A stretch of DNA of 64,000 nucleotides from an uncultured cyanobacterium. GTDB lineage: Bacteria; Cyanobacteriota; Cyanobacteriia; Phormidesmidales; Phormidesmidaceae. The stretch lies in NCBI GenBank assembly GCA_963793265.1, contig CAWBZI010000006.1, positions 736,001 to 800,000 of the forward strand, given 5' to 3'. Of the stretch, positions 29,396-38,814 are shown in pieces (the stretch's first letter is position 1; every line of letters starts with the position of its first letter). The position numbers and the translations under genes are program-made. The notes beneath the pieces are model-generated. The model saw only the letters and a program-made list of their open reading frames with translations, had not been told where the DNA came from and did no database searches.

Positions 29396-29773
29396 TTAGT
29401 AGCTGCCATCTTTAGTCGCGGCAAGCTGCCATTCGGAGCGTTGACTGCGCTTGTAAGCGCTAAAGCCGTTGAGCAGTGAGGCCACAACGCCGAGGGTAAG
29501 GGCGATCGCAACCACGCCTTCTAGGCGATCGCCACCCCCAAATACCATCAAAAATCGACTCATCTGTTCGTATATAGGGTTTGAAATTATGCCAAGCGGC
29601 GATACATTAAGCGCCACTAGCACACCCAACAAGCAGCCCAGTACACTGACCGATAGCAAAAATCCAGCTACCAAAGTTACTGCTAGTGACCGAAGAAAAT
29701 GTAATAAGGTAGCCATGATGAGATAAAACGCAGTATTCGTTTTAAAAGCTTGGGTTCGACTCTCGAACACCAT
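29396..29773 (-). CDS. Small membrane hypothetical protein
   Basis: Two hydrophobic segments; fills the gap between peptidase and mlaE; start may be 29716. Confidence 0.65.
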   Translation of the reverse strand: MVFESRTQAFKTNTAFYLIMATLLHFLRSLAVTLVAGFLLSVSVLGCLLGVLVALNVSPLGIISNPIYEQMSRFLMVFGGGDRLEGVVAIALTLGVVASLLNGFSAYKRSQRSEWQLAATKDGSY

Positions 29774-29931
29774 AAGAGATAAAACTGGCTATTAAGGTCA
29801 CCTGTGAGAAATCTTAAATTTTCATAAAACATCGTTGCTCTGTTCTCATTTAGCCTCTCATTTAGCCATACCCGTTTTGTACCTAGCTGTCTGTGCCTAG
29901 CCTATCTTCTTCAATCACATGAACGCGACCC

Positions 29932-30726
29932 ATGAGTCCTTCTCTTATTCCCACTAATCTTTCCCTCTGGCTAGGGCGGATGCTGTCCGCAATATTTCTC
30001 GGCGGGCAGGTACTCATCCACGTCATCTCTCGCCCTGTTCACCGCCGCAATACCATCGAGCAGATGGCCCTCGTCGGCCCAGGCTCTATCTTGATCTCGC
30101 TAGTTACTGCCTTTTTCGTCGCCATGGTCTTTACCATCCAGGTGGCCCGCGAGTTCATTACCTTTGGCGCAACCACGGCGATCGGTGGCGTTTTAGCGCT
30201 AACGTTGGCCCGAGAGCTTGCGCCCGTACTCACAGCAGTCGTACTGGCCGGGCGGGTGGGCTCAGCGTTTGCTGCCGAAATCGGTACGATGCGCGTTACC
30301 GAACAAATCGATGCGCTGCAAATGCTCAAAAGTGACCCAGTAGACTATCTTGTCATTCCTCGGGTCATCGCCTGCGCGTTGATGCTGCCCTCACTCAGCA
30401 TTTTGGCGTTTATTACCGGGATGACGGGCGGACTCATCGTCGCCACCAGCTTGTACGGCATTCCCGCCGCTGTGTTCTTAAATTCAGCCCGCAACTTTCT
30501 CACAACCTGGGACTTAGCGAGTGCGCTCATTAAAGCCGTCATCTTCGGCGTTTTAATTGCAGTCATCGGCTCAAGCTGGGGCCTCACCACCACGGGCGGC
30601 GCAAAAGGCGTTGGGCAATCTACCACGACAGCCGTAGTGACCTCTCTACTGGCTATTTTTATTACTAATTTCTTTCTCTCTTGGATGATGTTTCAGGGCA
30701 ACGGCAGCGCTTTTGTCGGAAACTGA
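29932..30726 (+). CDS. mlaE: MlaE/TGD1 lipid ABC transporter permease
   Basis: RELAPVLTAVVLAGRVGSAFAAEIGTMRVTEQIDAL, GGAKGVG. Confidence 0.93.
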   Translation: MSPSLIPTNLSLWLGRMLSAIFLGGQVLIHVISRPVHRRNTIEQMALVGPGSILISLVTAFFVAMVFTIQVAREFITFGATTAIGGVLALTLARELAPVLTAVVLAGRVGSAFAAEIGTMRVTEQIDALQMLKSDPVDYLVIPRVIACALMLPSLSILAFITGMTGGLIVATSLYGIPAAVFLNSARNFLTTWDLASALIKAVIFGVLIAVIGSSWGLTTTGGAKGVGQSTTTAVVTSLLAIFITNFFLSWMMFQGNGSAFVGN

Positions 30727-30759
30727 GCCATCATTAGTTTTTCTCACGTCCTTAAAGCA

Positions 30760-31137
30760 ATGCCTTCAACCGCCTTCACCTCGACGCCGCTTACGCCTAG
30801 CTACAAGCTCCCAATCGCAATTACCTTACTCTCTATCCCTCTCCTATTCTTTCAGCTAGGAATCGGCCTTTTTGTAGCGCTGCTAGGGCTGTTTTTGCTC
30901 TACCAGACCACCACAATTCGTCTTATTTTCACAGACGTAGCGTTAGAGGTCAGACGCAACGAAAAAATCCTCAAAACTTTCCCCTATATAGACTGGGAGA
31001 ACTGGACAATTTTCTGGCCGCCCGTTCCTATCCTGTTCTACTTCAAAGAAGTTAACAGCATTCACTTCTTACCAATGCTTTTTAGCCCAACCGAGCTGAG
31101 AGAAAATTTAGAACAAATCAATTGCCAAACGTCTTAG
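30760..31137 (+). CDS. DUF3119 family protein
   Basis: Two TM helices then FWPPVPILFYFKEVNSIHFLP. Confidence 0.85.
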   Translation: MPSTAFTSTPLTPSYKLPIAITLLSIPLLFFQLGIGLFVALLGLFLLYQTTTIRLIFTDVALEVRRNEKILKTFPYIDWENWTIFWPPVPILFYFKEVNSIHFLPMLFSPTELRENLEQINCQTS

Positions 31138-31756
31138 GCTCAGTGCCCGTGAGCAGGCGAGAAATGTTGCTACGGTGGCGAAACACCACATAAAAGCCAC
31201 CTGCGCAGGCAAGCAAGATATAGGGGATTGGCTGCTGCATCGCGGCCATGAAGATAGCTGCCGAAAGCGCTGCGGCAATAGAACCCACTGAAACGGTGCG
31301 AGAGATCGCCAGCGCTGTGCCGAATACAGCCGCGACACTTAGCCCAACCGGCCACATCAGCGCCAGCAGCACGCCCAAACCCGTCGCCGCCGACTTGCCG
31401 CCTGCAAACCCTAGCCACACTGATTTGCTATGGCCTAGCACAGCTAGTAGCGCGGCCCCGACAGAAATCCAGGCGATCGCATCCCCTGACAGTCCCACCC
31501 CGCTCGCAGAACCCACCAGCGCGCGAATCATTAAAACCGCCGCGGCCCCTTTAATCAAATCAATCACCAGCGCCGTAATTCCCGCGCCTTTACCCACCAC
31601 CCGAAACACATTGGTCGCGCCCGTATTCCCAGAACCATGCTCGCGAATATCAATACCTCGCAGTGCCTTAGCTAACAAAAAGCCCGTTGGAATAGAGCCG
31701 AGCAAGTAAGCAGCCAGTAAACCTAGCAGCACGATCACAACAGTAAGCACAGGCAT
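31118..31756 (-). CDS. plsY: Glycerol-3-phosphate acyltransferase PlsY
   Basis: YLLGSIP, DIREHGSGNTGATN, GGKSAATG, RHRSNISRL. Confidence 0.95.
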   Translation of the reverse strand: MPVLTVVIVLLGLLAAYLLGSIPTGFLLAKALRGIDIREHGSGNTGATNVFRVVGKGAGITALVIDLIKGAAAVLMIRALVGSASGVGLSGDAIAWISVGAALLAVLGHSKSVWLGFAGGKSAATGLGVLLALMWPVGLSVAAVFGTALAISRTVSVGSIAAALSAAIFMAAMQQPIPYILLACAGGFYVVFRHRSNISRLLTGTEPKTFGN

Positions 31757-31827
31757 GGTGGGTCTTTTAACGTAGGTAGGGTGTATAAAATAATCAAACT
31801 AAATAATCGAATTAAAATAATCGAGCT

Positions 31828-32919
31828 TTAGTAGTAGTCGTAGTCGGCAGAAGGATTAGCTGGATCAGGCGCAAATCCCAACCAAAGCGGGAACTGAAGC
31901 AAAGACAGACTTACCTTATCTTCAGCTTCATCCATAATCAAAAAAGGAATTCGCCCGCTATCAAGTAACCGTTCAGCCCGTTGACTCATCGGCTCAGGGG
32001 CTTCAAATAACATTACCCCACGGTTCGTCCCAAAATCTGCCCGAGCAATTCCCAAACAGTCTTGCAGCCAGCGTCGCCACTCGCCTAATCGCTCTGGCGT
32101 CGTTGCTAGAACTAGCACGCATAAACGCTGATCGTAGATAGCGTGCATACAAGAAATCGCAGCAGAAGCCACCAATACGTTTTGCAAACGACTGCCCATG
32201 CTCTTTACCGAGCCGCGTCCGCCCTGCGTAAAAAACCAGTTAGAGGCGCGCTCGGCATGAATGGGCTCAAAGGTACGCCGAAGCTGCCAGGGGGGGCCGT
32301 AGTAATCAGGGCGAGTGCGGTATTGATCCAGCAGGCTGTTGATGCGATCGCGCTGCTGAGCAAACCGTTGCGCCGCCAAAGGCACAATCTCACCATCGTC
32401 GCTTGTCGTATCCGTGGCAGGCGCTACCGGCACGGCAGGGGCAGCAGGCGGCGTCAAATCCATCTCCTCAGCCGCCGATACCAAATCCTGCAGGCTGCCG
32501 ACCAAGTAGTTCTTAAAAGCCTGCACCCGAATGGCCACATCCTGAGAGCTACCCGCGAAGCTAGAGCGCATCTCCGTCTCTATTTGCTCTTTGCGTCGCT
32601 CTAACTGTTCTATTTCTGATTGCAGCTCGCGCCGCCTTTGCTCTAAATCTCTCAGCCCCGCGCGCACGAGCTGATCGACATCAGCGCCGACACCAGTAGA
32701 CCGGATGCCGCTGCCACCTGACAAGCCAGAAGCAGATAGACCTCTGCTGCTACGGTCAGAGCGCTGCAAGCCTAAGGGGCGCTTGGGGGCAGAATCGCCG
32801 GATATTTGACCGGCTCTCTCGTCGGGAGTCTGTGTAGGAGAATGCTCGTAGCCAGTAGAGCTGCTGTCCGTACTTCGCGGAGTCGTATTATCAGCAGAAT
32901 TAGGGTCTTCAGGAGGCAT
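31828..32919 (-). CDS. DUF3086 family protein
   Basis: Coiled coil, PDYYGPPWQLRRTFE, FPLWLGFAPDP; usual neighbour of plsY in cyanobacteria. Confidence 0.85.
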   Translation of the reverse strand: MPPEDPNSADNTTPRSTDSSSTGYEHSPTQTPDERAGQISGDSAPKRPLGLQRSDRSSRGLSASGLSGGSGIRSTGVGADVDQLVRAGLRDLEQRRRELQSEIEQLERRKEQIETEMRSSFAGSSQDVAIRVQAFKNYLVGSLQDLVSAAEEMDLTPPAAPAVPVAPATDTTSDDGEIVPLAAQRFAQQRDRINSLLDQYRTRPDYYGPPWQLRRTFEPIHAERASNWFFTQGGRGSVKSMGSRLQNVLVASAAISCMHAIYDQRLCVLVLATTPERLGEWRRWLQDCLGIARADFGTNRGVMLFEAPEPMSQRAERLLDSGRIPFLIMDEAEDKVSLSLLQFPLWLGFAPDPANPSADYDYY

Positions 32920-32992
32920 GGCGCGGCAAGGCGTACGATACTAACTGTTAAAAATGGCTGTCTAGAAATGGCTGTCTAGGAATAATAGAATA

Positions 32993-33817
32993 TCAAGCGC
33001 TAGGCGGCTGAGGTTTGCCCAGCTCTCGCGATCGCGAACTTGCCACCCGTACGGCCTCAATCAGCGCCGAGCGCAGCCCCAACTCTTCTAAGCAGGCAAT
33101 CCCCGCAATGGTCGTGCCGCCAGGACTGGTTACTCTATCTTTCAGCTCGGCTGGGTGTATTCCTGTTTTTTGCACAAGCTCAGCGGTGCCTAGCACGGTC
33201 TGAACGGCAAGCTGATTTGCGATCACTCTAGGCAATCCCGACGCCACCCCGCCATCAGCTAGCGCCTCAATTACAATCGACACATAGCCTGGCCCCGAGC
33301 CTGAAAGCCCCGTTACCGCGTCCATCATGACCTCGGGCACCTGCACCACCTGACCAACGGCGGAGAATATTTCGTGAGCCAGCTTGCCGTGCTGAGGTGA
33401 GGTGCGAGAGCCGAGTGCGATCGCTGTCATTCCCGCACCCACCGTCGAAGGCGTATTTGGCATCGCTCTGACTACTGGCCAGCCCGGCACAGCATCTTCT
33501 AGCTTACTTAGCGGCACTCCAGCCAAGATTGAAAGTACTAAGGGCGGCGTTTCGCAGCGTGCGCCCTGAAAATCTTGTGCCACCAGTGAAAAAATCTGGG
33601 GCTTGATGGCCAGCAAAATGACCTTGCCTGATTCAATCACCGTTCGGTTGCTGTCGGTTGTCTGTATGCCGTACTGTTCGGCTAGCACCTCGCGACGTTC
33701 GGGCGAAGGTTCGCCCACTATCATCTCATCAGGAGCATATAGCCCCTGAGAAAGAAGGCGAGATAATAGAGCTTCCCCCATTACCCCGCCGCCAATCATG
33801 CCAAGTCTTACAGGCAA
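32993..33817 (-). CDS. proC: Pyrroline-5-carboxylate reductase
   Basis: IGGGVMG, RAMPNTP, TGLSGSGP, VTSPGGTT. Confidence 0.95.
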   Translation of the reverse strand: MPVRLGMIGGGVMGEALLSRLLSQGLYAPDEMIVGEPSPERREVLAEQYGIQTTDSNRTVIESGKVILLAIKPQIFSLVAQDFQGARCETPPLVLSILAGVPLSKLEDAVPGWPVVRAMPNTPSTVGAGMTAIALGSRTSPQHGKLAHEIFSAVGQVVQVPEVMMDAVTGLSGSGPGYVSIVIEALADGGVASGLPRVIANQLAVQTVLGTAELVQKTGIHPAELKDRVTSPGGTTIAGIACLEELGLRSALIEAVRVASSRSRELGKPQPPSA

Positions 33818-33910
33818 AAGATCGCAACTCTCGTAATTTCCTAAACAGCATACCGCGAATAGGCCATTGCAAGAGTGAAGTGTGTCTCTACATCTAGCTT
33901 ACTAGAGGTC

Positions 33911-34525
33911 TTATGCCATGCGAGCGATTTGCTCGGTAGCCCAGGCTGGTGTAGGCGCAGTTTGACGAGGCGCACTCACAGGCTCTTGACCCGTGAAGCC
34001 GTCTTCGCCTTCAGAAGGCATACTTACCTGAACACAGTTAGGCGTGAACAAGAAGATGCTTTCGCCAATGCGCTCTTGGTGGCCATCCATGGCATAGGTA
34101 CCACCGGCTACAAAGTCAACGGCGCGCTGAGCCTGGTCGGGATCCATGATCGTGAGGTTGAGAACAACCGACTTGCGCTCACGCAAGGCTTGAATAGCCT
34201 GAGGCATTTCTTCAAAGGTGCGAGGCTCCATGACCAGCACTTCGCTCATTCCATTCATAGCGCCAGGCATACCAATCACATTATTCATTGAAACCATTCC
34301 AGATTCTGTGGACAAAACTCTCTCGCGGATGCGGCGGCGAGCAGGACGCGCCTCTTCTACCGGGGCCATAGCAGGCGGAACGGGGGGTGCGACCGCCTCA
34401 GCTTCGACGTTTTCTTCTTCGTAAAGGCTCTGATACTCGTCGCCTTCTTCTTCATATTCGTATTCGTAATCAGCCGGATCGTTCAATCCAACAAAGTCCT
34501 TTATTTTCCCAAAAAGACCACTCAT
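33911..34525 (-). CDS. sepF: Cell division protein SepF
   Basis: [27 protein letters not shown] 34525 after AGGA. Confidence 0.95.
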   Translation of the reverse strand: MSGLFGKIKDFVGLNDPADYEYEYEEEGDEYQSLYEEENVEAEAVAPPVPPAMAPVEEARPARRRIRERVLSTESGMVSMNNVIGMPGAMNGMSEVLVMEPRTFEEMPQAIQALRERKSVVLNLTIMDPDQAQRAVDFVAGGTYAMDGHQERIGESIFLFTPNCVQVSMPSEGEDGFTGQEPVSAPRQTAPTPAWATEQIARMA

Positions 34526-34995
34526 TTCCTGCGCTCCATACACGACATTTTGACGACTTGGCAACCTACAGCCACAGCTACTTAAAGGCGAAGGCTGTAG
34601 TGATGTGGCAATAAAACTAAAGCATTCCCTGTCAAAGTTCAATCCCTTTTAATAAGAATTTCGTTTTTGAATAGCACTCGATCGATACATCAAGGATCGA
34701 AGTTTCAAAAGCGCAGTGGGGAGAAAGAACGACTTTAAAAAACTCTCAGGCGATCGCCCTTAAATGGCTGGCCTTCAGTAGTTCTTAAAAGCTGAAAATG
34801 AATCCTAAGTATTACTGCATATAACGGCTTAGCATACTGGTTTTTTGGTCAACTTTTACACGCGTTTACACTTGCGCAAAAACCGACGGTGGTAACCGGA
34901 ATCAGAAACCTAATTCATCCGGCCTTTATAACTAGATGCACAAGCATTAGCCCACGGCTCAGAAGATATGTCAAGCCTTTTTTCTTTTCTTTTGA

Positions 34996-35736
34996 TCATC
35001 TTCTTGGCGCTGCTTTATTCTCGCGCTGTCCAAAGAGGCTACTGCCCAGTCTTATCAACGTAGCACCTGCTGCGATCGCTGCCTCAAAGTCTCCTGACAT
35101 TCCCATCGAAAGCTCTGACATCCTAATTCGCTCAAGCCCCAGCGTCTGAATATGCTGTGCTAATGCTTTTCCTCGTTCAAAAACCGCCTGTGTCTCAGCG
35201 GCGGGCAGTCCGTACGGCGCAATCACCATCAGCCCAACGATGTTCAAATGCGCCAGCCGATCGAGATCAGGCAGTGCTGCGATGAGGTCTTCTTGTTCAA
35301 AACCATCTTTAGACGGGTCTACCGCGAGCTTTACTTGCAAGCAGCAGGTCGGTCGTTTGCCGAGTTCTGCGGCCTGTTTGTCTAACCGAGTAGCAAGCTT
35401 CAGGCTATCGACAGAGTGAATCCAGTCAAAATGCTCCAGAACTTTGCGGCTTTTATTTGACTGCACATGACCAATAAAATGCCAGGTCACCTCCGTAAGC
35501 TCACTTAGCTCTGCCTGTTTCGCTAAAGCTTCTTGCACTTTGTTTTCGGCAAAATCTCGGATGCCGTTAGCGTAAGCAGCGCGTACTATCGCTGCTGGAA
35601 ATGTTTTGGTGACGGCAATCAGTCGCACCGTCTGAGGGAGTAATGGCCGAATCTTTTTTAGGCGCACACCTATATCGTCGATGCTGGTGCCGGTGTCACT
35701 GGCAGCCGTTTTTGTCTTGCGACCATCAGAGTTCAT
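34996..35736 (-). CDS. pipY: PLP homeostasis protein (YggS/PipY)
   Basis: IAVTK, ENKVQE, WHFIGHVQSNK, LSMGMSGD; directly downstream of pipX. Confidence 0.92.
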   Translation of the reverse strand: MNSDGRKTKTAASDTGTSIDDIGVRLKKIRPLLPQTVRLIAVTKTFPAAIVRAAYANGIRDFAENKVQEALAKQAELSELTEVTWHFIGHVQSNKSRKVLEHFDWIHSVDSLKLATRLDKQAAELGKRPTCCLQVKLAVDPSKDGFEQEDLIAALPDLDRLAHLNIVGLMVIAPYGLPAAETQAVFERGKALAQHIQTLGLERIRMSELSMGMSGDFEAAIAAGATLIRLGSSLFGQRENKAAPRR

Positions 35737-35739
35737 GGC

Positions 35740-36006
35740 TTAAAAGGCTTGCTTATATGTCTTTTGAAGCAGATCGTATTCGGCTTGTTGGCCTGTACGC
35801 CGGATCACGCGAAGGCGCTGTTCTATGAGCTGCTTGGCTTCTATGCGACCTGTTGGCTCAAAAGCAAGGCCACTAGAGTCGTTAGTAACTAAGAAAAATA
35901 GTCGGTGTGCATATAGCGTAGCGAATAGTTCTTGTCCTTCACCGACCAGGCAAATCCTGAAGAGCAAGCCAAAGTTAGGATGGTTTAGATAGGTTTCTGT
36001 GCTCAT
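35740..36006 (-). CDS. pipX: PII-interacting protein X
   Basis: ETYLNHPNFGLL, LFATLYAHRLFFLV. Confidence 0.95.
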   Translation of the reverse strand: MSTETYLNHPNFGLLFRICLVGEGQELFATLYAHRLFFLVTNDSSGLAFEPTGRIEAKQLIEQRLRVIRRTGQQAEYDLLQKTYKQAF

Positions 36007-36312
36007 TCAGGCTGTCGGGTTGTGAAAGGTAGAAGATAGGTTGGTGATGAAGCCGTAGGTATAGGAAGAATCGCTACACGGAAATTCATCAAAAAATTAG
36101 TTTTATAGTTAGTATTGTGCCCAAGCACAAATATGCCTTGTTACGACTGAGTTTACAGCCTTTTACCGACGATTCGCCCAAATGTTGTTAAGGGCTTTCA
36201 CCGCAGCATGGTTCCTAAGTACAAACGTGCTTTGTCGGTGATATATATCACGCTTAACAGGTGTCTGTTATCAAAGAGCTGCGACTATTCTAACGACTGT
36301 TTAATTGAGTCA

Positions 36313-36371
36313 AGGTTTGATGCTAGAGGTTTGATGCTAGAGGTTTGATGATAAAGGTTTAGAGCTAGAGG
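36313..36371. repeat. 14-bp tandem repeat, four copies
   Basis: AGGTTTGATGCTAG x2, AGGTTTGATGATAA, AGGTTTAGAGCTAG; last copy overlaps the stop of the 36365-37843 gene. Confidence 0.85.
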
Positions 36372-37843
36372 CCAAGGGCCAGCAGTTGAGCTTTGGCTTT
36401 TTGCAAAGACTCCTGCCATTCGCGAGCAGGCTGGCTATCAGCAACAATGCCTGCACCGACCTGTCCCCATACGGTGCCTTCTGACATTAGCAACGTGCGA
36501 ATAAGGATATTGAGATCGAGTCGTCCGCGCCGATCTAAATACCCACACGAACCGTAAAACAAACTGCGCCGAACCGGCTCTAAAGTTTCAATGATTTCCA
36601 TGCAGCGTACTTTAGGGCAGCCGGTAATCGTGCCGCCTGGAAATAACGCCGCTATTAGCTGAGCAGTTGAATGCCGCTTGTCTAACTTGCCAGTGACGTT
36701 ACTCACTAAATGCATAACGTGGCTGTAGCGTTCAACGGTCATCAGTTCCTCAACCTGTACTGATCCCCATTCACACACGCGGCCCAAATCGTTACGCTCA
36801 AGGTCAACAAGCATAATGTGCTCGGCTTTCTCTTTGCGATCGCCCCTCAGCTCAGTCGCGATCGCCTCGTCATCTACTGCGCTCTTCCCGCGCGGCCTCG
36901 TCCCTGCAATTGGCCTTGACTGAGCCTTACCCGCCTTCAAATGCACTAGCCGCTCAGGCGAACAGCTCACCACCGCCCCCCACGGAGTATGCCAGTAGCT
37001 CGCAAACGGTGACGGGTTTATTGTATGCAGCCTTTTATAAACCTCCCAGCTAGGCAGTGCAGTTTGCGCTTGAAACCGCAGCGAATGATTGACCTGAAAT
37101 ACGTCGCCCGCGCGAATATGCGCCTTGGCTTTTGTCACGGCCTGTTCAAAGGCGGTGCGCTCAGTTTCAAAGTGCAGGGCGTCTGTCTGCGATTTTTTAT
37201 CTATATATAAGGGGTTGTATAGAGAATCGTTAGGTTGATAGGAATACTGCTGAAGTCTCGTGGCTAATTCTTCTAAGCACTCAGGACGCTCTGCCGCTAT
37301 CCAAAGCTGCTGACGGTGATGATCGAGCACTGCAAACTCTGCCGGTTCATACCAGAAAGCGACTGGAAAAGGCAGCGTATCCTCTTTTAGCCAGGGCAGG
37401 CGCTCTATCTCCCACGCGCAGTCATAGCCTAGCCAGCCCAGCCAGCCGCCAACAAAAGGAAGGGCTTCGTTAGGCCGAGCGCCCTCTGATTTTTTTAGAC
37501 CCTGGGCGCGTCCTAAAGTCTCTATAAAGGGCAGCACGTATCCAAGTTGAGGCGTCCACATCTGAGCTTGACCTGCAACGACTCTAGGTGCGCCCGCGCA
37601 AATGGAATAGCGGATCATTTGACTGGCAGATTCGGGCAGTGAGTCAGGGGTTAAAGGATACGGGCTTTCGAGTAGAGTTGCGATCGCCCCCATCCCAACA
37701 CCTGTCACCTGAGATTGAAACAGCGCCTCAAAAACTTCAGAGCCTGTTCGATGGTTAAGGGGTAGCGATCGCCAATAAAACTGCTCGCAAGGCGCCAACC
37801 GAGAACTCATCTGAGCGTCATCTGCCACCTTTGCTCTCCCCAA
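36365..37843 (-). CDS. Chorismate-binding enzyme, anthranilate synthase component I / PabB family
   Basis: GDVFQVN, SCSPERL, PIAGTRPRG, AEHIMLVDLERND, FPGGTITGCPK; start uncertain. Confidence 0.9.
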   Translation of the reverse strand: MGRAKVADDAQMSSRLAPCEQFYWRSLPLNHRTGSEVFEALFQSQVTGVGMGAIATLLESPYPLTPDSLPESASQMIRYSICAGAPRVVAGQAQMWTPQLGYVLPFIETLGRAQGLKKSEGARPNEALPFVGGWLGWLGYDCAWEIERLPWLKEDTLPFPVAFWYEPAEFAVLDHHRQQLWIAAERPECLEELATRLQQYSYQPNDSLYNPLYIDKKSQTDALHFETERTAFEQAVTKAKAHIRAGDVFQVNHSLRFQAQTALPSWEVYKRLHTINPSPFASYWHTPWGAVVSCSPERLVHLKAGKAQSRPIAGTRPRGKSAVDDEAIATELRGDRKEKAEHIMLVDLERNDLGRVCEWGSVQVEELMTVERYSHVMHLVSNVTGKLDKRHSTAQLIAALFPGGTITGCPKVRCMEIIETLEPVRRSLFYGSCGYLDRRGRLDLNILIRTLLMSEGTVWGQVGAGIVADSQPAREWQESLQKAKAQLLALGL

Positions 37844-37846
37844 ATC

Positions 37847-38794
37847 TTAAGCAACGCCTCCTAATACAATTCGGCCCCACCAAAACAAAGCCAGTCCGCC
37901 CATCACCAGCCAGTCCCACCAGCGCAGTCGAAGCTGATGCCACACCACGCGATGCTCACTCGGGCTGGTAAATCCTCTCACCTGCATAGCACTAGCAATC
38001 TGCTCAGCGCGCAACAGCAAATTTTCAATCAGTCGCTCTGACACCATCAGCCAAATCTGGATCGCGCCCCGTACGCCCAGCTTTTGCCACTTAATCGCGC
38101 GGGTGCGAATCGATCTCACTAAGTTTTGGACTTCTTCGAGTACCAGTGGAATAAACCGCAGCGCTAGCGTTAGGGTCAGCGCTACTTCGGTGACTGGAAT
38201 ACCTAGTTTTTTTAGCGGCTGCATCAGGTCTTCAATGCCTTCGGTGATTTCTTCGGGCGCAGTCGTGAGCAAAAATAAGGTGGTTGAATAGATTAGCGTA
38301 AATAGCAGCGTGCTAATTTTGATGGCAATTCGGCGCGATCGCTGCGTGATATAAATGCCTAAATTAATCGGTCTTTTGGCAATTTCGATATTAACGATGT
38401 CATACCGATAGCGCGTAGCGTCGGGCACTTCCGGCAGCATTTCAGGCGGCGTCACATCATTCGGCCAGTCTTGCAAAGCTTGAGGCGTAGGCAACCGGGG
38501 CTGCTGAGATATCGCGATGCCATCAGGCGACACCAGCACCAACGCGGTGATCAAACAACCCAGCAGCAGCAGCCAGCCCATTTGCTGTCGCCACACACGC
38601 AGCGGAATACGGGCGCTAATCGTGAGCAGCACCAAAAACAAAACGAGAGCGATACGATATATCTCATTAGCCAAAACCGGGGCGAGTAGTATGCTCAGTA
38701 GCCAGATGGTTTTGACACGAGCATCAATGCGGTGAAGCCAGGTGACCGGCTGTTCTAGATAGAGGCCGATGGGGAGCGATCGCAATAAATCCAT
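37847..38794 (-). CDS. ECF transporter T component (CbiQ/Ycf92-like)
   Basis: MDLLRSLPIGLYLE, LALRFIP, AMQVRGF. Confidence 0.88.
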   Translation of the reverse strand: MDLLRSLPIGLYLEQPVTWLHRIDARVKTIWLLSILLAPVLANEIYRIALVLFLVLLTISARIPLRVWRQQMGWLLLLGCLITALVLVSPDGIAISQQPRLPTPQALQDWPNDVTPPEMLPEVPDATRYRYDIVNIEIAKRPINLGIYITQRSRRIAIKISTLLFTLIYSTTLFLLTTAPEEITEGIEDLMQPLKKLGIPVTEVALTLTLALRFIPLVLEEVQNLVRSIRTRAIKWQKLGVRGAIQIWLMVSERLIENLLLRAEQIASAMQVRGFTSPSEHRVVWHQLRLRWWDWLVMGGLALFWWGRIVLGGVA

Positions 38795-38814
38795 AGCAAT
38801 ACTTTAGAGCCCGC

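Noticed and set aside
31248..31709. Antisense and alternative-frame ORFs in the track (e.g. over plsY, der, cysK, CheA)
   Set aside because: They overlap well-supported genes and are explained by codon bias
36313..36371. Possible CRISPR array
   Set aside because: 14-bp head-to-tail units with no spacers and no cas genes
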